From Pseudomonadota bacterium (GTDB lineage Bacteria; Pseudomonadota; Gammaproteobacteria; UBA4575), in contig JBCDBX010000001.1 of the NCBI GenBank assembly GCA_039182865.1, positions 2,239 through 66,238 of the forward strand: DNA of 64,000 nucleotides. The letters run 5' to 3'. Made by a program: the position numbers and the translations under genes. Position 1 is the stretch's first letter. Every line of letters starts with the position of its first letter. The notes beneath the pieces are model-generated. The model was not told where the DNA came from. It saw only the letters and a list, made by a program, of their open reading frames with translations, and made no database searches. Positions 30,445 through 44,344 of the stretch are shown here, piece by piece.

Positions 30445-30531
30445 TTAGCCTGTTACGATAATAACTCCTATAGCCAAAGCAAGTAGTACTAGCACGATTC
30501 CCATAGCAACAAATAGTAGGTCATCAGTCAT
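30445..30531 (-). CDS. Small hydrophobic 28-aa ORF (MTDDLLFVAMGIVLVLLALAIGVIIVTG), convergent on the valS 3' end
   Basis: Single TM helix. Weak AAGG RBS 9 nt upstream. Below the ORF-track length cut-off. Confidence 0.3.
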   Translation of the reverse strand: MTDDLLFVAMGIVLVLLALAIGVIIVTG

Positions 30532-30649
30532 ATTAATACCTTTTATATGTATATAACAATAAAGATTTTATCACCTATAAGATTTCGATCTATTCAGATA
30601 ATCCTATCTCACACATATAATTTATTTATTATTCCCTTAAAATTTTGAC

Positions 30650-31270
30650 ATGGGCGACATCACCAATATTATTTACTTTATAGTCGCTTCTTTCCTTTTC
30701 ACAATTGCCCCTGGTCCTGATATGATTTTTCTAGTCACCCAAACCTTTACCCATGGCCCCAGGGCAGGCGTTCCTACCGCAGTTGGTTTAACTTGTGGAA
30801 ACTTAATACACACATTGGCTGCAGTATTGGGTGTATCACTCATCTTTCAAACATCTGAGCTTGCTTTTGACATTGTCAAAGTTCTAGGTGCTTGTTATTT
30901 ACTGTATCTGGCTTATGAAATTATTTTTAAACAGAATACATCGTCGAGTAAAAGCAAAAATTTAACTAAACACTCTTTAGTCGTGCGTGGCATGCTAATG
31001 AATGTATTAAATCCCAAGGTTATGCTTTTCTATATCGCATTCCTGCCGCAGTTTGTTTCACCTAACTCTCAACAAATAGAGTTAGAAATGCTTTTTTTTG
31101 GTGTACTATTTTCAATAATTGTACTGATAACATTTGGAAGTATTGGTTTATTTGCGGGATATTTTCGAAATATCACACCAAATAAATTACTTACAACACC
31201 TTCTTTCAAATGGATCTTAGCAATAATCTATATGTTATTGGCTACTCGTCTAGTGTTTGAATCCATCTGA
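30650..31270 (+). CDS. LysE/RhtB-family amino-acid exporter
   Basis: 206 aa with six TM segments. N-terminal PGPD motif typical of the LysE family. Confidence 0.7.
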   Translation: MGDITNIIYFIVASFLFTIAPGPDMIFLVTQTFTHGPRAGVPTAVGLTCGNLIHTLAAVLGVSLIFQTSELAFDIVKVLGACYLLYLAYEIIFKQNTSSSKSKNLTKHSLVVRGMLMNVLNPKVMLFYIAFLPQFVSPNSQQIELEMLFFGVLFSIIVLITFGSIGLFAGYFRNITPNKLLTTPSFKWILAIIYMLLATRLVFESI

Positions 31271-31452
31271 GTTTTATCTCCGTCTATCTGTGTTATTAGC
31301 TCTTATGCCCAAAATTAATGTGAAATCCATCACAACATTTTGATTTAAATCGAAATAAATTAGCCCTCTTAATTGAGACTTTGAATCACTTCATAATTTA
31401 GAAATACAGGATTTGTACAATAGATATGAAGCTTTAGATCAGGGATATATTT

Positions 31453-33159
31453 ATGAAACTGCTACTTCCATTGTTACTAGTATCACTCTTATCGTCTGCT
31501 GCATTTGCCGACAAGAATAAGCACTCTACTAAAGAATTATTAGAAGAGGCAGAGCAGACTATGCAAAGCCCAGAAGTTTCACCTGTGCGAAGAATCGAAC
31601 CTAAATTCAACAAGAATAAAAATAAACAGCACAATATTATTTATCGGAATATTGATGGTAGTTTCAACAATATTATCGATGATCAAATGAATGTCACAGA
31701 TACACAATTGATACGAGTCGCTGATGAAACTTACGGTGATGGTATCAGTGCTATGGGAGGAACTGATCGACCAAACCCAAGAGCAATCAGTAATGCGGCG
31801 TTATCTCAGACAGAATTATCATTCGCAAGTACAGGGGCAAGTGATTTTTTATGGCAATGGGGTCAATTTTTGGATCATGATATTGATTTGACCGAGGGCG
31901 TACACCCTGCCGAAGAAGTCCCTATCTCCATTCCTGCTGGTGATATACATTTCGACCCAAATAATATGGGCAATGTCGTCTTAGCATTCAACCGTTCAAT
32001 ATATGATACAAATACGGGAACAGATTCCAGTAATCCGCGTCAGCAAAAAAATGAAATTACGGGTTGGATTGATGCTTCGAATGTATATGGCTCGGATGAT
32101 GAACGCGCTCAAGCTTTGCGCAGATTGGATGGTTCAGGAAAGCTAAAAACTAGCGATGGTCGCCTTCTACCATTTAATACTGATGGCTTAATTAATGCAG
32201 GCGGTCCTAGTGCTGAATTTTTCTTGGCAGGCGACCCTCGTGCGAATGAACAAATAGGCTTAACCGTCATGCATACTCTGTTCGTGCGAGAACATAACCG
32301 TCTTGCAAGAATAATCGCTAAAAAGAATCCATTTTACAGCGGCGAAAGAATTTATCAGACAGCTCGTCGAATCGTAGCGGCTCAAATGCAAGTCATCACT
32401 TACAATGAATTTTTACCGATACTACTTGGCAAAAATGCAATTCCTAAATATGAAGGCTATGATCCTAATATAGACGCACGTATTGCAAACGAATTTTCAA
32501 CAGCGGCGTACCGACTCGGCCATAGTTTGCTATCACCACAAATTCTACGTATATATAAAAAACGTAAAAATTTCGACAATAGTGAAATCTCTTTACGCGA
32601 AGCTTTCTTTGCACCATTTCTTCTGACCAAAAAGAATAACATTGGCTCTATATTGCGCGGCTTAGCTTCTCAACAGTGTCAAGAACTTGATGTGTTCGTT
32701 ATTGATGACGTACGTAATTTCTTGTTTGGTCAGCCCGGAAGCGGAGGCTTTGATCTTGCTTCATTAAACATTCAACGTGGGCGAGATCATGGTCTTGGAA
32801 GCTACAATCAAACACGTATTGCACTTGGTTTACCTGCTGCTACTTCATTTGAAGATATTTCTTCTGACCCTGACATCCAAGCTAGACTTTCCAATGCTTA
32901 CGACAACGTAGACTTAATCGACCTCTGGGTGGGGGGATTAGCTGAAGATAAAGTTGATGGCGCCATGGTCGGACCCGTATTTTATGAGATTCTTAGAGAT
33001 CAATTCATACGCTTACGTGACGGAGATCGATTTTGGTACGAAAACGATATGAGTAAGAAAGAAATAAGGAACATTAAGAAAACAACTTTAGCAAAAATAA
33101 TTCGGCGCAATACAGGAGTTGGCAGAGAATTACAAAACAATGTTTTCTTGGTTAAGTAA
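31453..33159 (+). CDS. Secreted animal-type heme peroxidase (peroxidase-cyclooxygenase superfamily)
   Basis: Signal peptide. Distal His/Asp motif WGQFLDHDID. RANEQ heme-linking Glu motif. Proximal His in TLFVREHNRLA. Distal Arg in FSTAAYRLGHS. Confidence 0.8.
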   Translation: MKLLLPLLLVSLLSSAAFADKNKHSTKELLEEAEQTMQSPEVSPVRRIEPKFNKNKNKQHNIIYRNIDGSFNNIIDDQMNVTDTQLIRVADETYGDGISAMGGTDRPNPRAISNAALSQTELSFASTGASDFLWQWGQFLDHDIDLTEGVHPAEEVPISIPAGDIHFDPNNMGNVVLAFNRSIYDTNTGTDSSNPRQQKNEITGWIDASNVYGSDDERAQALRRLDGSGKLKTSDGRLLPFNTDGLINAGGPSAEFFLAGDPRANEQIGLTVMHTLFVREHNRLARIIAKKNPFYSGERIYQTARRIVAAQMQVITYNEFLPILLGKNAIPKYEGYDPNIDARIANEFSTAAYRLGHSLLSPQILRIYKKRKNFDNSEISLREAFFAPFLLTKKNNIGSILRGLASQQCQELDVFVIDDVRNFLFGQPGSGGFDLASLNIQRGRDHGLGSYNQTRIALGLPAATSFEDISSDPDIQARLSNAYDNVDLIDLWVGGLAEDKVDGAMVGPVFYEILRDQFIRLRDGDRFWYENDMSKKEIRNIKKTTLAKIIRRNTGVGRELQNNVFLVK

Positions 33160-33167
33160 TAGTATAT

Positions 33168-33584
33168 TTAGTGAGATATAAAAATATACTGAGAATCACG
33201 AAAACTCTTGAATTCCAAATAGTTCTGGCTGGGGTCTTGAATAAAAAAGGTTCTTTGTTCGCCAACTTGATCCTTAAAGCGGGTATAGGGTTCGATATAA
33301 AATTCAATATGATATGAACGCACTCGCTTAACAAGTTGGTGCCAGTCTTCCCAAGCTAGTATTGCGCCGAAATGTCTTGTGGGGACTGCTCTATTGTCCA
33401 CCTGATTGTAATTTTTACTCTCATCTTCTGCTAGATGGGCCGTGATTTGATGACCAAAGAAATTAAAATCAATCCAGCGCTCATCCTCTCTTCCAACATC
33501 ACAACCTAAAATTTCCACATAAAACCTTCGTGTTGACTTGATACTTTGGACGGGAAATGCCAAATGAAAGGGTGGAATACTCAT
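33168..33584 (-). CDS. VOC-family (glyoxalase / bleomycin resistance / dioxygenase) protein
   Basis: 138 aa. HLAFPVQSIKSTRRFYVEILGC N-terminal VOC motif. Confidence 0.65.
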   Translation of the reverse strand: MSIPPFHLAFPVQSIKSTRRFYVEILGCDVGREDERWIDFNFFGHQITAHLAEDESKNYNQVDNRAVPTRHFGAILAWEDWHQLVKRVRSYHIEFYIEPYTRFKDQVGEQRTFFIQDPSQNYLEFKSFRDSQYIFISH

Positions 33585-34258
33585 TATTTTTGATACGTGA
33601 CGTTATTTCTCAAATAAACTGGAAGTATATTTGAGGCGCCAAGCATTTCTCCAGACATTACTTTCTTTCGACCTAACAAGGCGGTGACTTTAGCCCTAGG
33701 TAATGCTTCAGCATTAATACATTCTTGATCTAAACGAGTTTTTTTTTGCAATATTGCAAAATAAGTTCCCCAGCCTGATCCCAGTCCAGACACAATGGAT
33801 CCCGCATTTACCTCAATCATCTCAGGCGCTTGTACTTTTTCTTCCACTACAAGCTCAACATCGAAATCAGATTTTTTTCGATAGACTGCCCAGTAAACTT
33901 CATTCATACGCGCATCAATCGCAGGTAAAACTAGTTCATCGCTAACAGTATCTACTTGGCATGCAAGATTGGCTAAAGTCGATATCGAAACTGCTGGCAA
34001 GTCATGCGCAAATGCGATTCCTTGAGCAACACCTGCAGCAATGCGTACTCCGGTAAATGCCCCAGGCCCACAACCAAACGCTATTGCATCCAATTGAGTT
34101 AGACTTACTTCTGACTCAGCCAGCACCTTTTCACACATGGGTAGTAGTAATTCATTATGTTGGCGTGGCGCTACTTGATACTGCTCAATGACCTCACCAT
34201 CAATTAATACCGCAGCAGAACACGCCTCGGTCGCAGCCTCAATTGCAAGTAATTTCAT
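33584..34258 (-). CDS. tsaB: tRNA t6A37 threonylcarbamoyladenosine biosynthesis protein TsaB (YeaZ)
   Basis: YeaZ-like N-terminus (MKLLAIEAATEACSAAV). Adjacent to yoaA, as in E. coli. Confidence 0.85.
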   Translation of the reverse strand: MKLLAIEAATEACSAAVLIDGEVIEQYQVAPRQHNELLLPMCEKVLAESEVSLTQLDAIAFGCGPGAFTGVRIAAGVAQGIAFAHDLPAVSISTLANLACQVDTVSDELVLPAIDARMNEVYWAVYRKKSDFDVELVVEEKVQAPEMIEVNAGSIVSGLGSGWGTYFAILQKKTRLDQECINAEALPRAKVTALLGRKKVMSGEMLGASNILPVYLRNNVTYQK

Positions 34259-36179
34259 GTTTTTTTATCCCATGTAAAAATGAAATAATTTGAAGTTCAT
34301 CTTCAGAAATTGTCATGGCTGGCAAACTTTTTAAAAACGATTTTCCATAGGCTTTTGTTTTAATTCTTGGATCCATCAACACAACAACACCACGGTCTTG
34401 CTCACCACGAATTAATCTTCCTACACCTTGCTTTAAGTTTAAGATTGCTTGAGGTATTTGATAAATCATAAATGGATTCTCTCCAGCCTCTTGCAATAGC
34501 CTAGAACGCGCTTGAACTAGTGGGTCACCTGGCGACATAAAAGGTAGCTTATCGATTATGACCAAGCGAAGTCGATGACCTTTAACATCGACACCTTCCC
34601 AAAAACTTTGCGTCCCTAGAAGCACACAATTTTCGGTGCTTTGAAATTGCTTAAGCAACTCTCGCTTGGCAGCATCTCCTTGAACTAGAACATTAAATGC
34701 TTCATCTTTCATTAAAGAAGCAGCACAATTTAAGGCTCTATGGCTTGTGAATAGCATAAATGCATTACCCTCGCTTGCTTTTAGCAACGGTAAAGCTCTC
34801 GCTATCACTTCATCAGTATAATTCGTTTCATTGGGTTGACAATTTAAATCGGGTAAATACAGTCTGGATTGAGTTTGGTAATCAAAAGGACTGTCGCACA
34901 TAACACATTCTGCATCTTGCAAGCCCAACTGATCGATAAAATGATTAAAACTTAGCCTAGCGGTTAATGTTGCCGAAGTGTATATCCATGAGCAATGAAA
35001 ATCTTTTGTTGCTTTCTGAAATGGCACTGCGGCATCTAAAGGAATACTTCCTAAGCGAAAACGCCTCCTACCTAACTCTACCCATTGTATGGTTTTATTA
35101 GTTGAATTGAGAAAATCATCTAATAAGCCATTAGCGCTACTCAATCGCTTATAGCATTGAGCCAATCCTGGCGATTCACCTGCAACTGACACTAATCGCT
35201 CTTCTAGAATAAGCAAAGAACTTATAAGCTTGGTGAACCCTTTATCGACATTTTTATCGCCAAGAATTTCTTGCCATAGTGAGCGTTGTTCATGCATTTT
35301 TTTAACTAACGCACTATTAAGTGCTTGGATATAATCCAATACTGCATAATAACTTTTACTTATTGTTTTAGAACTTGTAACTTGGGTCAGTTCTTTACTG
35401 ATATCATTAATCAAGTCTTGTAATTGACGGCTACCAATACTTTGTCCAAAGAAATTCGGTAGGATATCGGCAAACTGATGCGCTTCATCAATAACGAAAA
35501 CATCAACAGATGGAAGCAGTTCCCCAAACCCCTCTTCTTTGAGTACTAAATCAGCACCTAAAAGATGATGATTTATGACGACCAGATCTGCTTCTTGTGC
35601 ACGCTTGCGCGCTTTTAAGACATGGCATTTATTGTAGTCCGGGCATTCACCTCCCAAACAGTTATCGCGCGTTGATGTGACATGCGACCAAATACTCGAT
35701 TGCTCAGAGACCTCGTTGACCTCAGCGACATCTCCCGTGTTAGTCAGCTTAGACCATTCTTTAATTTCAATATATGGCTTGGTAAATTTAGGATAATCAG
35801 GTAACTCATACTCAAAATGCTCAAAGCGATATTTACATAAATAATTTGAACGTCCTTTTAAAATTGCTGCTTTAAGATTTAACCCTATTGCATTTTGCAG
35901 CACCGGCAGATCAGTATAATAAAGCTGGTCTTGCAGATGACGTGTCCCTGTGGAAACAATCACTTTCATGCCTGATAACATAGCAGGAACTAAATAAGCA
36001 AAAGTCTTGCCGACACCTGTCCCAGCTTCAACTACAAGTGTACTGGCATCATGAATAGTTCTTTCAACGGCTGACGCCATATCAAGTTGTTGAGGTCGAA
36101 ACTTAAATCCTTCGATATTTTTAGCAAGTTCACCTTGCTCAGAAAAATAATCATAGGTGCTGAGGTCTTCAACAGACAA
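34239..36179 (-). CDS. yoaA: DinG/YoaA-family ATP-dependent 5'-3' DNA helicase with an Fe-S cluster
   Basis: Walker A VEAGTGVGKTFAYLVP, DEAH box VIDEAHQ, and a four-Cys Fe-S insertion (CLGGECPDYNKCH). Confidence 0.85.
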   Translation of the reverse strand: MSVEDLSTYDYFSEQGELAKNIEGFKFRPQQLDMASAVERTIHDASTLVVEAGTGVGKTFAYLVPAMLSGMKVIVSTGTRHLQDQLYYTDLPVLQNAIGLNLKAAILKGRSNYLCKYRFEHFEYELPDYPKFTKPYIEIKEWSKLTNTGDVAEVNEVSEQSSIWSHVTSTRDNCLGGECPDYNKCHVLKARKRAQEADLVVINHHLLGADLVLKEEGFGELLPSVDVFVIDEAHQFADILPNFFGQSIGSRQLQDLINDISKELTQVTSSKTISKSYYAVLDYIQALNSALVKKMHEQRSLWQEILGDKNVDKGFTKLISSLLILEERLVSVAGESPGLAQCYKRLSSANGLLDDFLNSTNKTIQWVELGRRRFRLGSIPLDAAVPFQKATKDFHCSWIYTSATLTARLSFNHFIDQLGLQDAECVMCDSPFDYQTQSRLYLPDLNCQPNETNYTDEVIARALPLLKASEGNAFMLFTSHRALNCAASLMKDEAFNVLVQGDAAKRELLKQFQSTENCVLLGTQSFWEGVDVKGHRLRLVIIDKLPFMSPGDPLVQARSRLLQEAGENPFMIYQIPQAILNLKQGVGRLIRGEQDRGVVVLMDPRIKTKAYGKSFLKSLPAMTISEDELQIISFLHGIKKHEITCN

Positions 36180-36195
36180 TCAAGACACCTTCAAT

Positions 36196-36606
36196 CTATT
36201 TAGATGTAGTAGGACTTCGAAACACAATCCACTTTGATAAACAGAAAGTCACAATAACCGCAAAAAACGACCCAACAGCAACAGCGAGAAATGGCCATGT
36301 CTGCCAAAACACATCGTGTTCAATTAAACTTAGATAGATACCAATATTAAGCGTATGACTTATTACTTGGGTGACAACGTAAGTGAACTGTTGATATAAA
36401 ATTGAACTTTCTTTTGAATGCGCAAAAGTCCATCTGCGATGCCAATAAATAGCAAAAAAAGTTGCCGCACCAATCGCAACCAAACGCGCATAAAAGGGAT
36501 CAACTTCAAAGCCTTTAAACAGTAATGTTACTAATCCAGCATCGATAAGAAATGCCAGCCCACCCACTATAGCAAAGCGAAATACTTCTCTGCGCAAATT
36601 CTTCAT
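36196..36606 (-). CDS. GtrA-family membrane protein
   Basis: 136 aa, four TM segments, GtrA-like N-terminus (FRFAIVGGLAFLIDAGL). Confidence 0.6.
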   Translation of the reverse strand: MKNLRREVFRFAIVGGLAFLIDAGLVTLLFKGFEVDPFYARLVAIGAATFFAIYWHRRWTFAHSKESSILYQQFTYVVTQVISHTLNIGIYLSLIEHDVFWQTWPFLAVAVGSFFAVIVTFCLSKWIVFRSPTTSK

Positions 36607-36626
36607 GACTCAATACTTATTATAAT

Positions 36627-37100
36627 TCAAATATTATTTAACAGAGCAATTGCCATGGCTGCAATTCCTTCTTGCCTTCCAACAAATCCCATTTGTTCTG
36701 TCGTTGTTGCTTTAATATTAACCTGTGAAATATCGATATCTAAATCTTTGGCAATATTCTTACGCATTTGCAAGATATAAGGTGCCAGTTTAGGGGTTTG
36801 TAAGATTACCGTAATATCGACATTACTTACAAATAAATCATGGGCTTTTATCATTTCCAATGATTTAACAATAAATTCACGTGAATTACGGTTCTTATTG
36901 GTATCATCTTGATCTGAGAAATGAGTCCCAATATCACCCAGACCTGCTGCGCCTAGTAATGCATCACATAAAGCATGCAGCAAAACATCTCCATCCGAAT
37001 GTGCATCAATAGTTTTTTCATGCGGAATGGTGACTCCTCCAAGGATGATTTCGCTACCTTCGACAAAACGATGTGCATCAAAGCCTTGACCAATTCTCAT
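36627..37100 (-). CDS. ispF: 2-C-methyl-D-erythritol 2,4-cyclodiphosphate synthase
   Basis: MRIGQGFDAHRF...SDGDVLLHAL is a canonical IspF sequence. Confidence 0.95.
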   Translation of the reverse strand: MRIGQGFDAHRFVEGSEIILGGVTIPHEKTIDAHSDGDVLLHALCDALLGAAGLGDIGTHFSDQDDTNKNRNSREFIVKSLEMIKAHDLFVSNVDITVILQTPKLAPYILQMRKNIAKDLDIDISQVNIKATTTEQMGFVGRQEGIAAMAIALLNNI

Positions 37101-37113
37101 TTATTACACTCTA

Positions 37114-37812
37114 TTATTCAACACTCAGAAATTTTTCGGCAATTTTAAGATCTTGAGGTATGGTAATTTTAACTTTGGCTGAGTCCCCTCGCAAAACATT
37201 TACTTTTAAACCGATTTCCTCAATTGCACTCGCCTCGTCAGTAATTGAAATATTCTTATCAATACATTTTTTCAAAGCAGTAAATAATAAGTGATAGCGG
37301 AACATTTGCGGAGTGTAAGCATGCCATAAATCCGAACGATCTATGGTTTCAACGATAGTATTACCCTCAACTCTCTTAACAGTATCAGCGACGGGGCCTG
37401 CCAGAATACTGCCAACACCTAAATCAATTGTATTTTCGATCAATGCATTCAAGTCTTGATGACTTAAGCATGGTCGCGCAGCGTCATGCACTAATACAAA
37501 GTCACTCCTATCTAGCAGATTTTCAATCTCTATAAGCGCATTCAATACCGAATGAGCTCTTGTTTCACCACCTACTGTAGTTATGAATTGCTTGCTTGTC
37601 TTTATCTGTAAATTTGAAAAGTGATCGTCATGACTATTTAAAGCAACCGCAACACCCGTTATATTTTCATTTGTTAAAAATGGCTTTAATGCATGTTCTA
37701 AAATTGTTTTATCTGCAATTTTTACATACTGTTTTGGAATATTAGAACCGAAACGTTCACCAATTCCCGCAGCAGGAAGTATTGCCCAACAAGCAGTTTC
37801 ATTATTCATCAC
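37114..37812 (-). CDS. ispD: 2-C-methyl-D-erythritol 4-phosphate cytidylyltransferase
   Basis: AILPAAGIGERFG N-terminal motif. Upstream of ispF. Confidence 0.9.
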   Translation of the reverse strand: MMNNETACWAILPAAGIGERFGSNIPKQYVKIADKTILEHALKPFLTNENITGVAVALNSHDDHFSNLQIKTSKQFITTVGGETRAHSVLNALIEIENLLDRSDFVLVHDAARPCLSHQDLNALIENTIDLGVGSILAGPVADTVKRVEGNTIVETIDRSDLWHAYTPQMFRYHLLFTALKKCIDKNISITDEASAIEEIGLKVNVLRGDSAKVKITIPQDLKIAEKFLSVE

Positions 37813-38098
37813 TTTGTTTAGAATCAGACTTCTCTATGAACTGGAAAAATGTTTCACCGTGACGAATCATGCCAAGTTCCATTCGAGCGCGCTCTTCAAT
37901 CGCATCATAACCGGATTTCAGATCTTCCACTTCTGCAGCAAGCAGTTCATTACGTTCATACATATGTTGGTTTCTTGCTTGCTGATCTTCTATACGATCA
38001 TTTAGATGTATTAAACGTATGATACCGTCGTCATCTATCCATAACTTATATTGCAAGCCAATCAATACTACGACTAAGACTAGTACGAATGGCTTCAT
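37802..38098 (-). CDS. ftsB: Cell division protein FtsB
   Basis: 98 aa, N-terminal TM helix plus a coiled coil. ftsB-ispD-ispF synteny. Confidence 0.75.
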   Translation of the reverse strand: MKPFVLVLVVVLIGLQYKLWIDDDGIIRLIHLNDRIEDQQARNQHMYERNELLAAEVEDLKSGYDAIEERARMELGMIRHGETFFQFIEKSDSKQSDE

Positions 38099-38119
38099 GC
38101 TTGAGTTATAGCGGCCTTG

Positions 38120-40241
<2,122 letters not shown>

Positions 40242-40252
40242 TTTTGAGTGCC

Positions 40253-41998
<1,746 letters not shown>

Positions 41999-42032
41999 TC
42001 AAATGGAGCCAAAGCTCTCAATCCACGATTCG

Positions 42033-43304
42033 TTAATATCCTTCTTGAATCCAATATCCCCATACAAAGATTAGTGATTCATTTCTGTACAACAATGGAA
42101 TTCTATCTCTTAGCCAGGGCTCGACAGAAGCTTCCTGAAATAAGGTTTTAAGATCTTTGTGACAACCACGACCTCTAGGCTTGATAGTCTCTCCACCTTG
42201 ACGGAATTTCACCAGCAAGGTTTCTAATTGGTCACACTTCACACCATGTTCAAGCAGTTTTTCTTGCGTCAAAGTTAAACCTAATGAATCTATCTGCAGT
42301 GGCAGTTCAATATTCCACTCATACATCTGGTTTGAGTCATGCGCATTAAGTTGCTCCAGCAGATATAGTTTATTGCGATACTTTCTACATTCACAATGCT
42401 GCCATCTCACGCATGCTTCAGAATCTTGCGAACTGTTTATCACATCTGAAATGATGTGGTTAAGGATTTGAGCACTGGGCATAGGAAATTTATTTTCTCG
42501 CATCCACCAACGCAAAGCATTTTTCATGCTTGTGCTATCTAAGCATTTCAATTTTTTAATTGGGATTGGATTTTCTAGGACATCTGAAAATTCTAAATCT
42601 TGTTTTGCTAGACGATCCAATAAATAGGAAGACTCAGTTTGCCACTGACTCGATCTAGCAATCGTTTCACGTAATCCATGCCAACGCATATTTATTAAGG
42701 GTAACACTTCATGTCGCAAAAAATTTCGATCGTACTGAATTGATTTATTTGAAGGATCTTCTAACCAACTTAATTCATACGACTTCGCATATTCTTCTAT
42801 TTGTTGACGCGAAACTTCCAACAATGGTCTCAACATTTGTGCTTTACCCAAATCACGTTGCATGGCACAACCCGTTAGACCCTGAACGCCCGCACCACGA
42901 AATAATTGTAATAAAATCGTTTCAACTTGATCATCAGCATGATGCGCAGTCAATAAAATATCCTCAGACTCTAAAATATCTTCAAAAGCCTGATAACGAG
43001 CAATTCGCGCTGAGCCCTCAACACCTAATTCGGAAACATATTTTAGTTCTACAGAAATAGATCGATAAAAAACTGAAAGAATCCGGCATTGATTTTTACA
43101 AAACTCTGACCATTCTTTAGAGTCCTTATGAATCTGATGATCTATGTGAATCGCTTTTACTGTATGACCAGTATCTTTTGCAACTGAAGTTACCGCATGT
43201 AATAGAACTGCAGAATCAATACCACCACTAAATGCGATCCAAATAGTATTATTTTGATCGATTCGATCAAGTGCTGTTGTGATTTTTTTAATAATGACAG
43301 ACAT
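42033..43304 (-). CDS. tilS: tRNA(Ile)-lysidine synthetase
   Basis: PP-loop SGGIDS near the N-terminus, 423 aa. Confidence 0.9.
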   Translation of the reverse strand: MSVIIKKITTALDRIDQNNTIWIAFSGGIDSAVLLHAVTSVAKDTGHTVKAIHIDHQIHKDSKEWSEFCKNQCRILSVFYRSISVELKYVSELGVEGSARIARYQAFEDILESEDILLTAHHADDQVETILLQLFRGAGVQGLTGCAMQRDLGKAQMLRPLLEVSRQQIEEYAKSYELSWLEDPSNKSIQYDRNFLRHEVLPLINMRWHGLRETIARSSQWQTESSYLLDRLAKQDLEFSDVLENPIPIKKLKCLDSTSMKNALRWWMRENKFPMPSAQILNHIISDVINSSQDSEACVRWQHCECRKYRNKLYLLEQLNAHDSNQMYEWNIELPLQIDSLGLTLTQEKLLEHGVKCDQLETLLVKFRQGGETIKPRGRGCHKDLKTLFQEASVEPWLRDRIPLLYRNESLIFVWGYWIQEGY

Positions 43305-43320
43305 ACTTCTGCCAGAAGCA

Positions 43321-44277
43321 TTAATCTTTAAATACGCCGTAGGTTGTTAAACGAGTATACCGTTGCTCAAGCAATTGGCTAACATCTAGTTTACTAAAGC
43401 GCGAGATATTTTCTTGCAGGGAAACACGCAAGTTTTCACACGTTTTATCGAGATCACGATGCGCTCCAGACATAGGCTCCTCAATCACTTCATCAATTAA
43501 CTCTAATTCTAAGAGACGATCTGAAGTGATGCCTAATGCTTCTGCTGCATCTTTTGCTTTGTCTGCATTTTTCCAAAGAATTGAAGCACAACCCTCAGGA
43601 GAAATAACGGAATAAGTGCTATAACTTAACATGGCGAGATGGTCGCTCACGCCGATCGCCAAAGCACCGCCAGAGCCACCTTCTCCAATGACAGTTGAGA
43701 TGATGGGAGTCTTAAGTTCTGCCATACGATAAAGGTTCATCGCTATGGCTTGTGCTTGACCTCGTTCTTCTGCCCCGACTCCTGGATAAGCGCCTGGAGT
43801 GTCAATAAACGTTAATATCGGCAATTGAAATTTTTCTGCTGTTCCCATCACCCTTAACGCTTTTCGATAACCCTCAGGTCTTGGCATACCAAAATTACGT
43901 TTCAAATTTTCCTTAGTATTTCGACCTTTTTGATGGCCAATGATCGCAACAGGTTTTTGATTAAAACGTGCGATTCCACAAATAATTGCTGAATCGTCAG
44001 CAAATGCTCGATCCCCATGTAGCTCTTCAAAATCCGTAAATAACTTTGCAACATAATCAAGTGTATAGGGACGGCGGGGGTGGCGGGCGATTTGTGCGAC
44101 CTGCCAGGCTGAAAGGTTTTTATAAATTGATTCGGTCAAAGACTGACATTTAGCCTTCAATTTGGCGATTTCTTCGCCCAGTTGCATTTCATTATCAGAT
44201 TCTACACGACGCAGCTCTTCGATTTTTGCCTCTAACTCAGCAATTGGCTGTTCAAATTCTAAATAATCGGAAATCAT
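43321..44277 (-). CDS. accA: Acetyl-CoA carboxylase carboxyltransferase alpha subunit
   Basis: 318 aa, canonical AccA. Confidence 0.95.
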   Translation of the reverse strand: MISDYLEFEQPIAELEAKIEELRRVESDNEMQLGEEIAKLKAKCQSLTESIYKNLSAWQVAQIARHPRRPYTLDYVAKLFTDFEELHGDRAFADDSAIICGIARFNQKPVAIIGHQKGRNTKENLKRNFGMPRPEGYRKALRVMGTAEKFQLPILTFIDTPGAYPGVGAEERGQAQAIAMNLYRMAELKTPIISTVIGEGGSGGALAIGVSDHLAMLSYSTYSVISPEGCASILWKNADKAKDAAEALGITSDRLLELELIDEVIEEPMSGAHRDLDKTCENLRVSLQENISRFSKLDVSQLLEQRYTRLTTYGVFKD

Positions 44278-44344
44278 AGTCTAATAATTAAATTTTTAAT
44301 ATTATAGTCGGACTGGCGAACGATTTCAGAAAAGACTGCATTAA

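Noticed and set aside
33739-33747. A9 homopolymer inside tsaB as a phase-variation tract
   Set aside because: It encodes the KK of ILQKKTRLD in a core gene. Such runs are common in AT-rich genomes, and there is no sign of frameshifting.
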